From: Planctomycetota bacterium
GTDB taxonomy: Bacteria; Planctomycetota; UBA11346
DNA length: 64,000 nucleotides
Assembly: GCA_044338255.1 (NCBI GenBank)
Contig: JBIILZ010000003.1
Location: 757-64,756, forward strand
Direction: 5' to 3'
In this document: positions 19,235 through 28,395 of the stretch, in pieces
Layout of the letters: every line of letters begins with the position of its first letter
How positions within the stretch are numbered: position 1 is the first letter of the stretch
Position numbers and translations under genes: made by a program
Notes under the pieces: model-generated
Seen by the model: only the letters and a program-made list of their open reading frames with translations
Database searches by the model: none
What the model was told of the DNA's origin: nothing

Positions 19235-20920
19235 TCATGGTCCCCGTACCGTGTTGAACAACTCGATCAGACGTCCTGTCGCCGCTTCGGGCAGACCACG
19301 GGCGAGGGCGATACGGGTGCCATCAGTGGTCCGCAACCACACGTTGCACTTGACGACCTCGCCGAGATTCATCGCCGGAACATAGTCAATCCCGCTCATC
19401 GCCACCGGCGGCAGCTCGTGTCGCTGCCGTCGCCACCAACCGGCCTCGATGATGATGCTCCGAGGCGAGAGCGAGATGGTCGAGCGCCACAGGGCGCTGC
19501 GCAGCACACTGCCGCTGCCGAGCGCGAACAGCGGCAGCGATACCAGCAAGGTCCACCAGGAGCCCCGTTCAACTGACAGCAGCGCGGCATATGTGAGCAG
19601 CAGGGTGCCGACGCAGCCCGGGCCATAGAGCCATGGATTACGCCAGGCCGGGATCGTGATCAGCAGCGCATCACGATCCTCGGTGAGTCGGAAGCCGGCT
19701 GCCCTCAGCACCGCCAGGGGAGCTGCACGATCAGCGGCGTCCCGCTGCTCCGCCGCGAGCAGCACGGCGCCATCATCACCGGCGGCGACCGGCAACGTGA
19801 AAGTGGCGCTGAGATCCGGGCCGGATCCGATCATCCGGAATTCCAGTCTCCAGGACACGGTGTCCTCACCGCTGGGCAGATCGCTGGGCAGCGGAAGTTC
19901 GATTAATTGCTCCCAGACGGTGCCGCTCCGACGAGCGAGCGACGGATCGACCGGCACTGGGCAACTCCAAAGTTGGTTTTGGCTGGCGTTGGCCTGCCTC
20001 CCGGGATTCACGATCCGGCGTACAACGACCAGCCGGGCCTCGATGCGCGCATCCGCGCCTGGTCCGGTTGCCATCAGTACCGTTGCCAGGACGCGACGGC
20101 CGGTCAGGCACGCGGCCTCATCGAGGCGCAGTCGTGGTCGTCCATGATGCATTGCCTGGATGGTTTTTCTGACCATCAAGAACAGCAGGCACAGGCCCAT
20201 GGCCGGGAGGATCGCCGATCCCAGCCTGATCGTCCACGGGAGATCGGAACGGTATTGCAGGGTCATGCACACGATCCACGCGATGAAATTCGCGATGACC
20301 GTGAAGAACCATAGGAGGGGAAGGTGATCCTCATCGGCAACGATCGTCGTGATGCCCGCGAGGCTTCGCGGATCAGTCGTCGGCTCTGTGCGTTTTCGCC
20401 ACTCGCCCACGGCCGCGACGGCGATACCGCCGCCGAGCAGGCCGAATAGGAGCGGGAAAATCAGCAGGAAGCCGATCATCAGCCAGCGAGGATCCCGATC
20501 GAGCACGACTTGCGCCGGATTCGCGGGATCATACCAGCATGGCACCATATGCTCGCCTCGTCGGGCCTGATCGAGACGCGCGAAGGTCCTGAGCTGCCAT
20601 GAGTCGAGATTATCGGATCCGCCATGGATTCCGATCTGGTTGCTGACGTAGTCACGCACGGCGCCGGCTTCAAGCGCGGACGGATCCGGCCCGCGATAGC
20701 GGTAGTTCGCCACCACCTGCGCACTTCTTTTGGCTCCGCGATGCAAATCCACGCTGACGATGGTCGCCGAGGTCTCGCTCCATCCGCGGGTGGCGATGGC
20801 GAAGACCACGGCCTTGCCGGCGACCACGCCAGGTACGCAACCGGCAAGGAAGAAGACCACGCCGAAGATCACATAGACGGCAAGAGGCGCTCTGGCTCGC
20901 AGGTTCACCGTGAAAATCAT
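19235..20920 (-). CDS. large polytopic membrane protein, N-terminal DUF3592-like module, function unknown
   Basis: 561 aa. A TM helix is followed by about 110 aa of beta-rich segment (IVSVDLHRGAKRSAQVVANYRYRG...MVPCWYDPANPAQVVLD) and a second TM, as I recall for DUF3592. Further TM helices and two soluble segments follow. No catalytic motif is recognised. Confidence 0.45.
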   Translation of the reverse strand: MIFTVNLRARAPLAVYVIFGVVFFLAGCVPGVVAGKAVVFAIATRGWSETSATIVSVDLHRGAKRSAQVVANYRYRGPDPSALEAGAVRDYVSNQIGIHGGSDNLDSWQLRTFARLDQARRGEHMVPCWYDPANPAQVVLDRDPRWLMIGFLLIFPLLFGLLGGGIAVAAVGEWRKRTEPTTDPRSLAGITTIVADEDHLPLLWFFTVIANFIAWIVCMTLQYRSDLPWTIRLGSAILPAMGLCLLFLMVRKTIQAMHHGRPRLRLDEAACLTGRRVLATVLMATGPGADARIEARLVVVRRIVNPGRQANASQNQLWSCPVPVDPSLARRSGTVWEQLIELPLPSDLPSGEDTVSWRLEFRMIGSGPDLSATFTLPVAAGDDGAVLLAAEQRDAADRAAPLAVLRAAGFRLTEDRDALLITIPAWRNPWLYGPGCVGTLLLTYAALLSVERGSWWTLLVSLPLFALGSGSVLRSALWRSTISLSPRSIIIEAGWWRRQRHELPPVAMSGIDYVPAMNLGEVVKCNVWLRTTDGTRIALARGLPEAATGRLIELFNTVRGP

Positions 20921-21002
20921 TGATCACCGCGCGTGGGCATGCGAGTGCCGACGCTTTTCCCGCCTTGGCCACCGCTACGTGGATGATTGCAGCGCATGGG
21001 CT

Positions 21003-22532
21003 CTAAAAGCCGACCTCGGCGTAGCGCACCTGTTCGAGCAGGTTGGCATGGATGCCGTGCAGGCGGCTGGCGACCAGGAACGAGCACGCGTAGTGGAACA
21101 GGGGCACCAACGGGGCGGCATCCAGGAGCTGAGCTTCGGCTTGCGCCAGTAAGGCCAGGCGCTGCTGCGGATCGGCCTCGGCTTCGAGCAGCAGGCGGTC
21201 GAAGCGGGCATCGGCGAAGCCGGTGCGATTCATGCCCGAGGTGCTCTCGAAGCAGTGCAGGAAATAGGCCGGGTCGAGGTAGTCGCCGATCAGCGAACCG
21301 CGCGCCAGGTCATAGTCGCGGGCGGCGACGCGCGACTGCGCGAGGTTCGCCGGCACTGCCGCCAAGTGCACGGTAAGGCCCAGATCGCGCTGCCAGCGAT
21401 CGCAGAGCCATTCGGCGATGCGCAGGCGCTCGGGCTGGTTCGATGGCACCACCAGCTCCAGCGTCGGCAAGGTCTGCTGGGTGAGGCCCGCCACCGCCAG
21501 CTCGCGCTGGGCGGCGGTGAGGTCGTAGGTGAGCACCGTCAGCGGCGGATGATAGCCGAGCTTTTCCGCCGTGCCCGGCACCAGGGTCGTCGCCGGTGTG
21601 CCGTTGTCGTGCAGCAGCTCGTGGACCAGGGCCACGCGATCGACGCTGCGCGCCAGGGCCCGGCGCAGCGCCCGTGCCAGCTGCGGACGGTCGGCATGGG
21701 CGTCGACCCGCAAACGATAGAATTCGGTACCCCACGAACCCGAGGATTGCAGTTCCGCCGAAGCGTTGCGACGCAGGTCGCCGATGATATCGGCGCTGAG
21801 GCGCAAGACGGCGTCGACGCGATGATCGAGATAGAGGCGCACGGCGGTGCCGACATCGTCGATGAGCAGCAGGCGCACCGCGCCCCGGGCTGGTGAAGGA
21901 CCGTCGTAGGTCGGCGAGGGCTGCAGATCGAGGTGATGGCGGGGAGCGAAATCAACGCACTGCAACGGGCCATTGCCGATGATGCGGCGGGGATCGGTCC
22001 ACGCTGTCGGCGCGCTCATCGCTGGGTGCAGGGGGACGAACACCGGGGTGGCGAGGATCTCCACCAGGGTCGCCTGGGGTCGGCTGCAGGTGATGACCAG
22101 GGTCTGCTCATTGGGTGCTGCGAGGTCCGTAATCGCACCCAGCGCCGCGCTCGCGGCCGAGCCCTGGCGATGCCGTTGGAGGCCCGCCGCCATCTGCGCC
22201 GCCGTCACCGGCGTATGATCGCTCCACTGCGCCCGGCGCAGGGAGAACGTCCATACGCTGCCGGTGGCATCGCTCTGCCAGCGTTCGGCCAGGGCCGGCT
22301 GTGGCCTCAACGATTGCGGATCGAGACGCACCAAGGGTTCGCAGAAGGCATCGAGAAGCCTGAATTCTTCGAGGCTGGAGGCCTGTTGCGGATCGAGGGT
22401 GACGAATCCGGCCACCGCCAGGCGCGGCGTGTCGGCCGCTATCGTCGTCGTGGTTCCCAGCCAGGTACCCCACCACGGTACGGTGGTACCGAAGGCCAGG
22501 ATCAGCACGACCAGGGCAAGGAGCGGGCGCAT
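21003..22532 (-). CDS. ABC-transporter substrate-binding protein, family 5 (peptide/nickel type), orphan
   Basis: 509 aa with a signal peptide. WTFSLRRAQWSDHTPVTAAQMA is the typical SBP_bac_5 signature region. No permease or ATPase gene is adjacent. Confidence 0.8.
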   Translation of the reverse strand: MRPLLALVVLILAFGTTVPWWGTWLGTTTTIAADTPRLAVAGFVTLDPQQASSLEEFRLLDAFCEPLVRLDPQSLRPQPALAERWQSDATGSVWTFSLRRAQWSDHTPVTAAQMAAGLQRHRQGSAASAALGAITDLAAPNEQTLVITCSRPQATLVEILATPVFVPLHPAMSAPTAWTDPRRIIGNGPLQCVDFAPRHHLDLQPSPTYDGPSPARGAVRLLLIDDVGTAVRLYLDHRVDAVLRLSADIIGDLRRNASAELQSSGSWGTEFYRLRVDAHADRPQLARALRRALARSVDRVALVHELLHDNGTPATTLVPGTAEKLGYHPPLTVLTYDLTAAQRELAVAGLTQQTLPTLELVVPSNQPERLRIAEWLCDRWQRDLGLTVHLAAVPANLAQSRVAARDYDLARGSLIGDYLDPAYFLHCFESTSGMNRTGFADARFDRLLLEAEADPQQRLALLAQAEAQLLDAAPLVPLFHYACSFLVASRLHGIHANLLEQVRYAEVGF

Positions 22533-22605
22533 GGTTCTCTATTCTGTGCATGGCGCGCCGATGCGAAGGGCTTGCCCGCTGGCAGTGTCGGCTACCGTCT
22601 GCAGG

Positions 22606-23100
22606 GTGCGTTGCCCCTATTGCCATCTTGATGACGATCGCGTGATCGATTCACGTGCGACTGACGATGGCACGGCGATCCGCCGCCGCCGGGTGTGCAA
22701 CCCCTGCGGCAAGCGCTTCACCACCTACGAACGGGTCGAGGGCGAGGAAACCCTGCGGGTGATGAAGAAGGACGGTCGTACGCAGCCCTTCGATCGCCGG
22801 AAGATGCTCTCCGGTATGCAGGTGGCCTGCGAAAAGCGCCCGGTATCGACCGAGGCCCTGGAGGCCGCCGTCAATCGCATACATCAGCTGCTGCTCGCCG
22901 AGGGCGATCGCGAAGTGCTAAGCACGCGCATCGGAGCCTTGGTAATGAGCGAGCTGCATAGTCTCGATCAGGTTGCGTATGTGCGCTTTGCAAGTGTGTA
23001 TCGGCAATTCAAAGATCTCGACGAGTTCATGCATGAGTTGCGGCACGTGATCGGTGGTGGTAAACCGGGGGCTCCCGATGCATCTCTGGACCGTTCATGA
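22606..23100 (+). CDS. nrdR: transcriptional repressor NrdR
   Basis: GTG start at 22606, 164 aa. Zinc ribbon (M)RCPYCH...CNPCGKRFTTYE is followed by an ATP-cone. The longer ORF in the track starts in unrelated upstream sequence. Confidence 0.92.
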   Translation: MRCPYCHLDDDRVIDSRATDDGTAIRRRRVCNPCGKRFTTYERVEGEETLRVMKKDGRTQPFDRRKMLSGMQVACEKRPVSTEALEAAVNRIHQLLLAEGDREVLSTRIGALVMSELHSLDQVAYVRFASVYRQFKDLDEFMHELRHVIGGGKPGAPDASLDRS

Positions 23101-24557
23101 AGCCGTTGGCAATTATCAAACGTGATGGCCGGATAGATCCGTTCGTTCCGGCCCGCATCGGTGAAGCCTTGCACAAAGCCCTGTGCGCCGTCGGCGAAGA
23201 AGACCGCGCCCTCGCCGATGAGCTGGCGCAGGTCGTCGCCGAACATCTCGAACGGACCACCGATCGCACTCAGATCGCCCTCGAGGAAGTCCAGGACGCG
23301 GTCGTGCATGTGCTCCAGGAATCCGGCCAGTACCGCGCCGCCATCGCTTTTTCGCGCTATCGCGACGAGCGTGAGCGGCAGCGGCGCAGCGATCGCCTGA
23401 GCGGCGCGACCGAGGCCGCTCCGAATCTGCTGGTGCTCGATGATGAGGGGCTCTACCGGCGTTGGGAGCCGACCTGGCTGGCGAGCGTGCTGACCACGCA
23501 CTACGCGCTCGATGCCCGCGCCAGCGCCAAGGTCTTGCCCCTGGTTGACGAACTGCTGGCGGGCACCGCCGTCGATGAGCTGAGCATGCCGGTGCTTCTG
23601 AGCCTGATCGATACAGCCCTGGTGCGCAGCGGCATGCACGCGGTGGCCGGGCAGCGCACGGCGATCCGCGTCGATCGCTGCCTCATTGAAGGGCTGCTGG
23701 CGAAAACCGCCACCGCTTCGGCGCCGCAACGTGACGGGGCGGCGGTGCTTGCCGATGCCGGGCGGGCGCTGTTCCATCAATGGGGCCTGAATGGCCAGTA
23801 TCCCTTGGCGGTACGACGGCTCCATGCCAGCGGTCGGCTGTGGTTCGATGGTCTCGAAGATCCTCGACGGGGCAGCCAGTTCACGGCGGTGCTCGATGGC
23901 CCGGCCAACCCCTGGCAGATCCTCACCACCGCCCTGACCGTGGCCAATGAAGCCCGGCGCCATTGGCGGCGCGTGCGCCTGGTCCTGCCGCCGAATGTCC
24001 TCGGACATCTCGAGCGTGGGGCGCAGCAGTTCCTGGCCCCGATCCTGGCGCTCAGCGAACAGGCCCAGGTGTACCTGGCCTGCGATGGCCGCACACCACT
24101 GCTGGCTGATTGGCCGTTTGCGGCTCCGACGCCCGGTTGCGGCCGTCATCCGGTGTCGATCGCCGTCGCTCACGATGACTTCCTGGTGATGCGCCAGGTC
24201 CAGGAACTCGGGCTGCCGCTGCTCGCCGGTCCGCACCTCTTCGAACCCGGCTGGCGGGCGACGGTGGCCATCGAGCTAGCCCTCAATGCCCAGGGGCTCG
24301 ACGGCGAATTTTCGACCCTCGATGGTCTGGCCATGGGCCTGATCGCGGCCGCACAGGTGCGCCTGGCGCAGCTGGGGATCCTCGCCGAAGGTGCCGAGAT
24401 CCGCTTCTCGTTGTTCGGGCTGCCGGCGCATGCGCCGTCTTCGGACTACCTTCAGCGCCAAGTGACCCAAGAGGGCCTGCGCGCTGGTCTGACCCTGCGC
24501 CGCAGTACCCATCTGTCGGAAGATGCCTGCGCGCATCTCGGCCGATTGCTCGAATAG
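23097..24557 (+). CDS. ATP-cone protein resembling only the N-terminal part of anaerobic (class III) ribonucleotide reductase
   Basis: 486 aa. The ATP-cone is MKPLAIIKRDGRIDPFVPARIGEALHKA...RYRDER. The segment RRWEPTWLASVL...LSLIDTALVRSG...VRRLHASGRLWFDGLEDP resembles the NrdD N-terminal helical region up to the H-x-x-G-x-I-hhDL element. No glycyl-radical motif or C-terminal Zn site is visible. The ATG overlaps the nrdR stop (ATGA). Confidence 0.55.
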   Translation: MKPLAIIKRDGRIDPFVPARIGEALHKALCAVGEEDRALADELAQVVAEHLERTTDRTQIALEEVQDAVVHVLQESGQYRAAIAFSRYRDERERQRRSDRLSGATEAAPNLLVLDDEGLYRRWEPTWLASVLTTHYALDARASAKVLPLVDELLAGTAVDELSMPVLLSLIDTALVRSGMHAVAGQRTAIRVDRCLIEGLLAKTATASAPQRDGAAVLADAGRALFHQWGLNGQYPLAVRRLHASGRLWFDGLEDPRRGSQFTAVLDGPANPWQILTTALTVANEARRHWRRVRLVLPPNVLGHLERGAQQFLAPILALSEQAQVYLACDGRTPLLADWPFAAPTPGCGRHPVSIAVAHDDFLVMRQVQELGLPLLAGPHLFEPGWRATVAIELALNAQGLDGEFSTLDGLAMGLIAAAQVRLAQLGILAEGAEIRFSLFGLPAHAPSSDYLQRQVTQEGLRAGLTLRRSTHLSEDACAHLGRLLE

Positions 24558-24566
24558 GTTGCCGCG

Positions 24567-25205
24567 GTGCTGCTGATCTGGGACCTCGACGGGACATTGG
24601 TCGATAGCCGCGCTGACATCGTCCGCGCCGCGCATGCGCTGCTCGCCGACCTCGGCCAGCCGACGCTGCCAGCGGCGCAGATCGCCGGCTATGTCGGTGA
24701 CGGCATCGCCAAGCTCATCGAACGGCTGCTGCCGCTGAGCGACGCCGCTGAGCGCGAGCGCGGGCGCCTGGCGTTCGAGGCCCACTACGCTGCCGGCTGC
24801 TGCCTGGCGACGGCGGCCTTCCCGGGAATCCATGCCGCCTTGCAGACCTTGAGCGCCGCCGGCTGGCAGCATGCCGTGGCCACCAACAAAGCTTCGGCGT
24901 ATGTCGCTCCGATCCTCGCGCATTGCGGTCTGGCCCCGTTCTTTTCCGCGATCCGCGGGGGTGATGCACAGCGCAAACCGGATCCCTGGCAATTGCTCGA
25001 TATCATCGCCAGCCTGGGCGCCGATGTGCACACGACGTGGATGATCGGCGATCACCACACCGATATCCTGGCGGCGCGCGCCGCCGGCTGCCGGATCCTG
25101 TTCTGCGCCTGGGGCATGGGCCATGCGAATGGCTTGGCGGTGGATGCCATGGCTTTCGCTCCCGACGAGATCGGCGCCCGTCTGGCCGGCAATCATCGGG
25201 TTTAG
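24567..25205 (+). CDS. gph: HAD-family phosphatase (phosphoglycolate phosphatase-like)
   Basis: Motif I is LIWDLDGTLVDS, motif II VATNK, and motif IV GDHHTDILAARAAG. GTG start. Confidence 0.75.
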   Translation: MLLIWDLDGTLVDSRADIVRAAHALLADLGQPTLPAAQIAGYVGDGIAKLIERLLPLSDAAERERGRLAFEAHYAAGCCLATAAFPGIHAALQTLSAAGWQHAVATNKASAYVAPILAHCGLAPFFSAIRGGDAQRKPDPWQLLDIIASLGADVHTTWMIGDHHTDILAARAAGCRILFCAWGMGHANGLAVDAMAFAPDEIGARLAGNHRV

Positions 25206-25209
25206 GACC

Positions 25210-25827
25210 ATGGTCGAACCAGCGGCGGTCATGGTTCGCGATGCCGATGGCAATGAGGTCACGCCCCAGGTCATCATCAATGCCTACTGGCAACGCTGCT
25301 TCCCGATGGCCGATACCAGGCGCGGGCGCTTCCGCTGGTATCGGCCAGCGACGCGGGCGGTGATCACCTGGGACGCTTGGAAGGTCCCCGACAGTCTCGA
25401 CAAGGTCATCCGCAACCGTCGTCCGTACCGGATCACCTTCGACGCCGATTTTCCGGCGGTGATCGCGGCCTGCGCGGAGCGCGACGAGACCTGGATCTCG
25501 CTGGGCATCGAAAAGCTCTACATCGCCCTGCATGACCTGGGCCTGGCGCATTCGGTCGAGGCCTGGGATGCCAACAACCGCCTGGTGGGCGGGTTGTATG
25601 GCGTGGTCCTGGGCGCCTGCTTCTGCGGCGAGAGCATGTTCCATCGGGCTCCGGACGCCTCCAAGATCTGCGCCGTGCACCTCGTGCGGCGCTTGCAGGC
25701 GAGTGGTTTCAAGCTCCTCGACTGCCAGCAGCAGAACCCGCACATGGGGCGCTTCGGAGCCCGCGAAATCAGCGACGAGGTCTACGCGGAACTGCTCGCC
25801 GGCTGTCATGCCGATGTGCACTTCTGA
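25210..25827 (+). CDS. aat: leucyl/phenylalanyl-tRNA-protein transferase
   Basis: AYWQRCFPMAD...WISLGIEKLYIALHDLGLAHSVE...LVGGLYGVVLGACFCGESMFH...DASK are Aat family signatures. ATG at 25210 lies 4 nt after the gph stop. Confidence 0.9.
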   Translation: MVEPAAVMVRDADGNEVTPQVIINAYWQRCFPMADTRRGRFRWYRPATRAVITWDAWKVPDSLDKVIRNRRPYRITFDADFPAVIAACAERDETWISLGIEKLYIALHDLGLAHSVEAWDANNRLVGGLYGVVLGACFCGESMFHRAPDASKICAVHLVRRLQASGFKLLDCQQQNPHMGRFGAREISDEVYAELLAGCHADVHF

Positions 25828-25985
25828 TCAGTAAATTCCGAATTTTTATCACTGATTCCGTTCTGATCGTCAGCCGCACAAGCACATCCGCACAGGCCGA
25901 GCTCGTCGTCGTCGGCAGCAATCAGTCATCGACGTAAGGCGGGAGCGAAAAGGTAGTCCGAGATAAGGATAGATTTTCTGCAGAG

Positions 25986-26351
25986 CTAATGATTGATCAT
26001 GGCGTTGGCGATGTGCGTCATGCGCTCGAGGAACGTCTCGCGCAGAGGCATCGGCATGGTTGAGTCGGCCAGCGCCGCACGCATGCACGCAAGCCACACC
26101 TCGGCCTCGGCGTGGCCGATGACGAATGGCAGGTGGCGGGCGCGCATCCGCGGGTGTCCGCGCCATGGCGTGTAGTCGTCGCGGCCTCCCCAGAACAGGC
26201 GCTGGAAAGCTGCCTGTTTCTTCAGCGTCTCATCGAGGTCGGGAGGAAAGAGATGGGCGATCGGACTGGCCGCGATGCGCGCGTAGAAATCGCGTAGCAG
26301 CGGGGCGAATACCGCGTCGCCGCCGAGTTCGTCGTAAGGAGTCGCGCTCAT
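25986..26351 (-). CDS. glbO: group II truncated haemoglobin
   Basis: 121 aa from ATG 26351. PYDELGGDAVFAPLLRDFYARI...FPPDLDETLKKQAAFQRLFWGG...YTPWRGHPRMRARHLPFVIG is typical of trHbO. Confidence 0.8.
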   Translation of the reverse strand: MSATPYDELGGDAVFAPLLRDFYARIAASPIAHLFPPDLDETLKKQAAFQRLFWGGRDDYTPWRGHPRMRARHLPFVIGHAEAEVWLACMRAALADSTMPMPLRETFLERMTHIANAMINH

Positions 26352-26418
26352 GCCCACAGGGATAGTTCCCGCGCTGTCGGGGCAATCAGTGACCGTTTCC
26401 CGATCGGCGAAAGCCACC

Positions 26419-26447
26419 TTGCAGGTCAGAGGCTGATGACGTATACT
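26419..26447 (+). promoter_or_regulatory. sigma70-like promoter upstream of the acyl-CoA ligase gene
   Basis: TTGCAG-N17-TATACT lies in the divergent glbO/fadD spacer. This is sequence pattern only. Confidence 0.35.
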
Positions 26448-26469
26448 GAAATCGGGTGGGAGGCCGATC

Positions 26470-28395
26470 ATGCAAGAAGTTACTGTCTCGCGCTCATATC
26501 ATAGTTCACGTTCACGCACTCCGACGCATGGTATGGTTATCGACCCGCACCAGGCGCCCGCGCCGTTGAATCTGAATGGTATGGCCTCGATACCGGCGCT
26601 CTGCGAAGCGGCCTTTGCCGCCTATCGCAGCGGCCGCTGCCTAGCGTCGCGCGATACCGGCCATTGGCGTTGGCTGGCGACCGAGGACGTGCAGTGCGAG
26701 ATCCGTCGTCTGAGCCTGGGATTGCTGCGCAGCGGCATCGCCCCCGGCGCGCGCGTGGCCCTCATCGGCGATCCGTCTCCGCATTGGTTGATCGCCGATG
26801 TCGCGATCATGGCCATCGGCGCGGTGACCGTGCCGCTCTTCCCGACCATGTCGACGGAGCACCTGCAGCACGCCGTCAGCCATACCGGGACGCGGGCGGT
26901 GATCGTGCTCGGGGCCAGCGCCTGGCAGCGGATCATCGCCGACCTCGGACGGTTCCGCCTGGTCATCGTCCGTGGCGCCGGCACCACCGGCGGCCGGGTG
27001 ATGGGCTGGCATGAGGTGCAGACCCTCGGCGACGAGGTCTCCAGCGAAGATCCCGGCTTGTACGCGCGCTCGGTGGCCCAGCTACGCCCCGAGGACGTGG
27101 CCACCATCATCCATACCAGCGGCTCGACCGGACTGCCCAAGGGCGTCGAGCTCACCCATCGCAATCTCACCATGCAGATTCGCGGGGCGGCGGCGGTCTT
27201 CCCGCTGCACGCCGGACGCGATCGCGCGCTGTCGTGCCTGCCCCTGGCGCATGTCTTCGAACGCGTGGTGGTCTACACCTATCTGGTGCAGGGGGCGCCG
27301 GTGTTCTTCGCCGACGACGTCAAACAGGTCGGGGCCCTGCTGCGTGAAGTCAAGCCTGCGGTCATCGCCGCCGTGCCGCGTCTGATCGAAAAGCTGCACG
27401 TGCGCATCCGCAGCCAGGTCGCGGAATCAGTGGCCATCAAACGCCAGCTCGGCTACTGGGCTCTCGATCTGGCCAATCGCAGCGAGCTCCCCGAAGCCGG
27501 CGCCAAGCCCCTCGCGCTGCGCATCGCCGATCGCCTGATCTACAGCAAATTGCGCCAGGCTCTCGGTGGCGAGCTCAAATACTTCATCGTCGGCGGCGCG
27601 GCGCTGTCGGCTGATCTGCAGCGCTTCCTGGCCGCTGTCGGGATTCCCTGCTACACCGGCTACGGCATGACCGAGGCCTCGCCAGTGATCAGCGTCAACC
27701 GTCCCGGGGCCAACCGCATCGGCACCGTCGGGCAGGCCTTTCCAGGCGTGCGTATGCGTATCTCCGCTGAGCATGAGATCCAGGTCCAGGGCGACAACCT
27801 TATGCGCGGCTACCATGGCGAAGTGGTTTCCTCGGCCCAGGTCTTCACTGCCGATGGCTGGTTGCGCACCGGAGATTGCGGGCGCATCGATGCCGATGGC
27901 TATCTCACCATCACCGGTCGCGCCAAGGAACTGTTCAAGACCTCCAACGGCAAATACGTGGCGCCCGTTCCCATCGAGCAGGCGGTGGTCGCCGCCAGTC
28001 AGGAAGTCGGCGGCCCGATCGACCAGGTCATGGTCATCGCCGAAGGCCAGCCCTGTGTGGGGGCGCTGCTCTTCGCTGATGGCGAGGCGGTGCGCCGGCG
28101 CCGGCAGATGCTCGGCTTCGACAGCTTGAGTGATGCCGAATTCCTCGCCCGGCCCGAGGTCATCGCCACCTTGCAGAACGAGATGGCCCATGCCATCGAG
28201 CAGGTCAATGCCGGCCTCGATCACTGGCAGCAGGTGCGTTGCTGGCGCTTCGTGGCCGAGCCGCCGACCATCGATCGCGATGAATTGACGCCCACTTTGA
28301 AGTTGCGCCGGCATGTGCTGGCGCAGCGCTATCATGGTCTGATCACGGATATGTATGCTCAGCGGTCGCAGGCCGCAGGGGGGGATCATGGCTGA
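26470..28395 (+). CDS. fadD: long-chain fatty-acid-CoA ligase (AMP-binding family)
   Basis: The AMP-binding motif is IHTSGSTGLPKGVELTH, with GYGMTE and the C-terminal lid TLKLRR. The true start may be the internal ATG at 26581. Confidence 0.85.
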   Translation: MQEVTVSRSYHSSRSRTPTHGMVIDPHQAPAPLNLNGMASIPALCEAAFAAYRSGRCLASRDTGHWRWLATEDVQCEIRRLSLGLLRSGIAPGARVALIGDPSPHWLIADVAIMAIGAVTVPLFPTMSTEHLQHAVSHTGTRAVIVLGASAWQRIIADLGRFRLVIVRGAGTTGGRVMGWHEVQTLGDEVSSEDPGLYARSVAQLRPEDVATIIHTSGSTGLPKGVELTHRNLTMQIRGAAAVFPLHAGRDRALSCLPLAHVFERVVVYTYLVQGAPVFFADDVKQVGALLREVKPAVIAAVPRLIEKLHVRIRSQVAESVAIKRQLGYWALDLANRSELPEAGAKPLALRIADRLIYSKLRQALGGELKYFIVGGAALSADLQRFLAAVGIPCYTGYGMTEASPVISVNRPGANRIGTVGQAFPGVRMRISAEHEIQVQGDNLMRGYHGEVVSSAQVFTADGWLRTGDCGRIDADGYLTITGRAKELFKTSNGKYVAPVPIEQAVVAASQEVGGPIDQVMVIAEGQPCVGALLFADGEAVRRRRQMLGFDSLSDAEFLARPEVIATLQNEMAHAIEQVNAGLDHWQQVRCWRFVAEPPTIDRDELTPTLKLRRHVLAQRYHGLITDMYAQRSQAAGGDHG

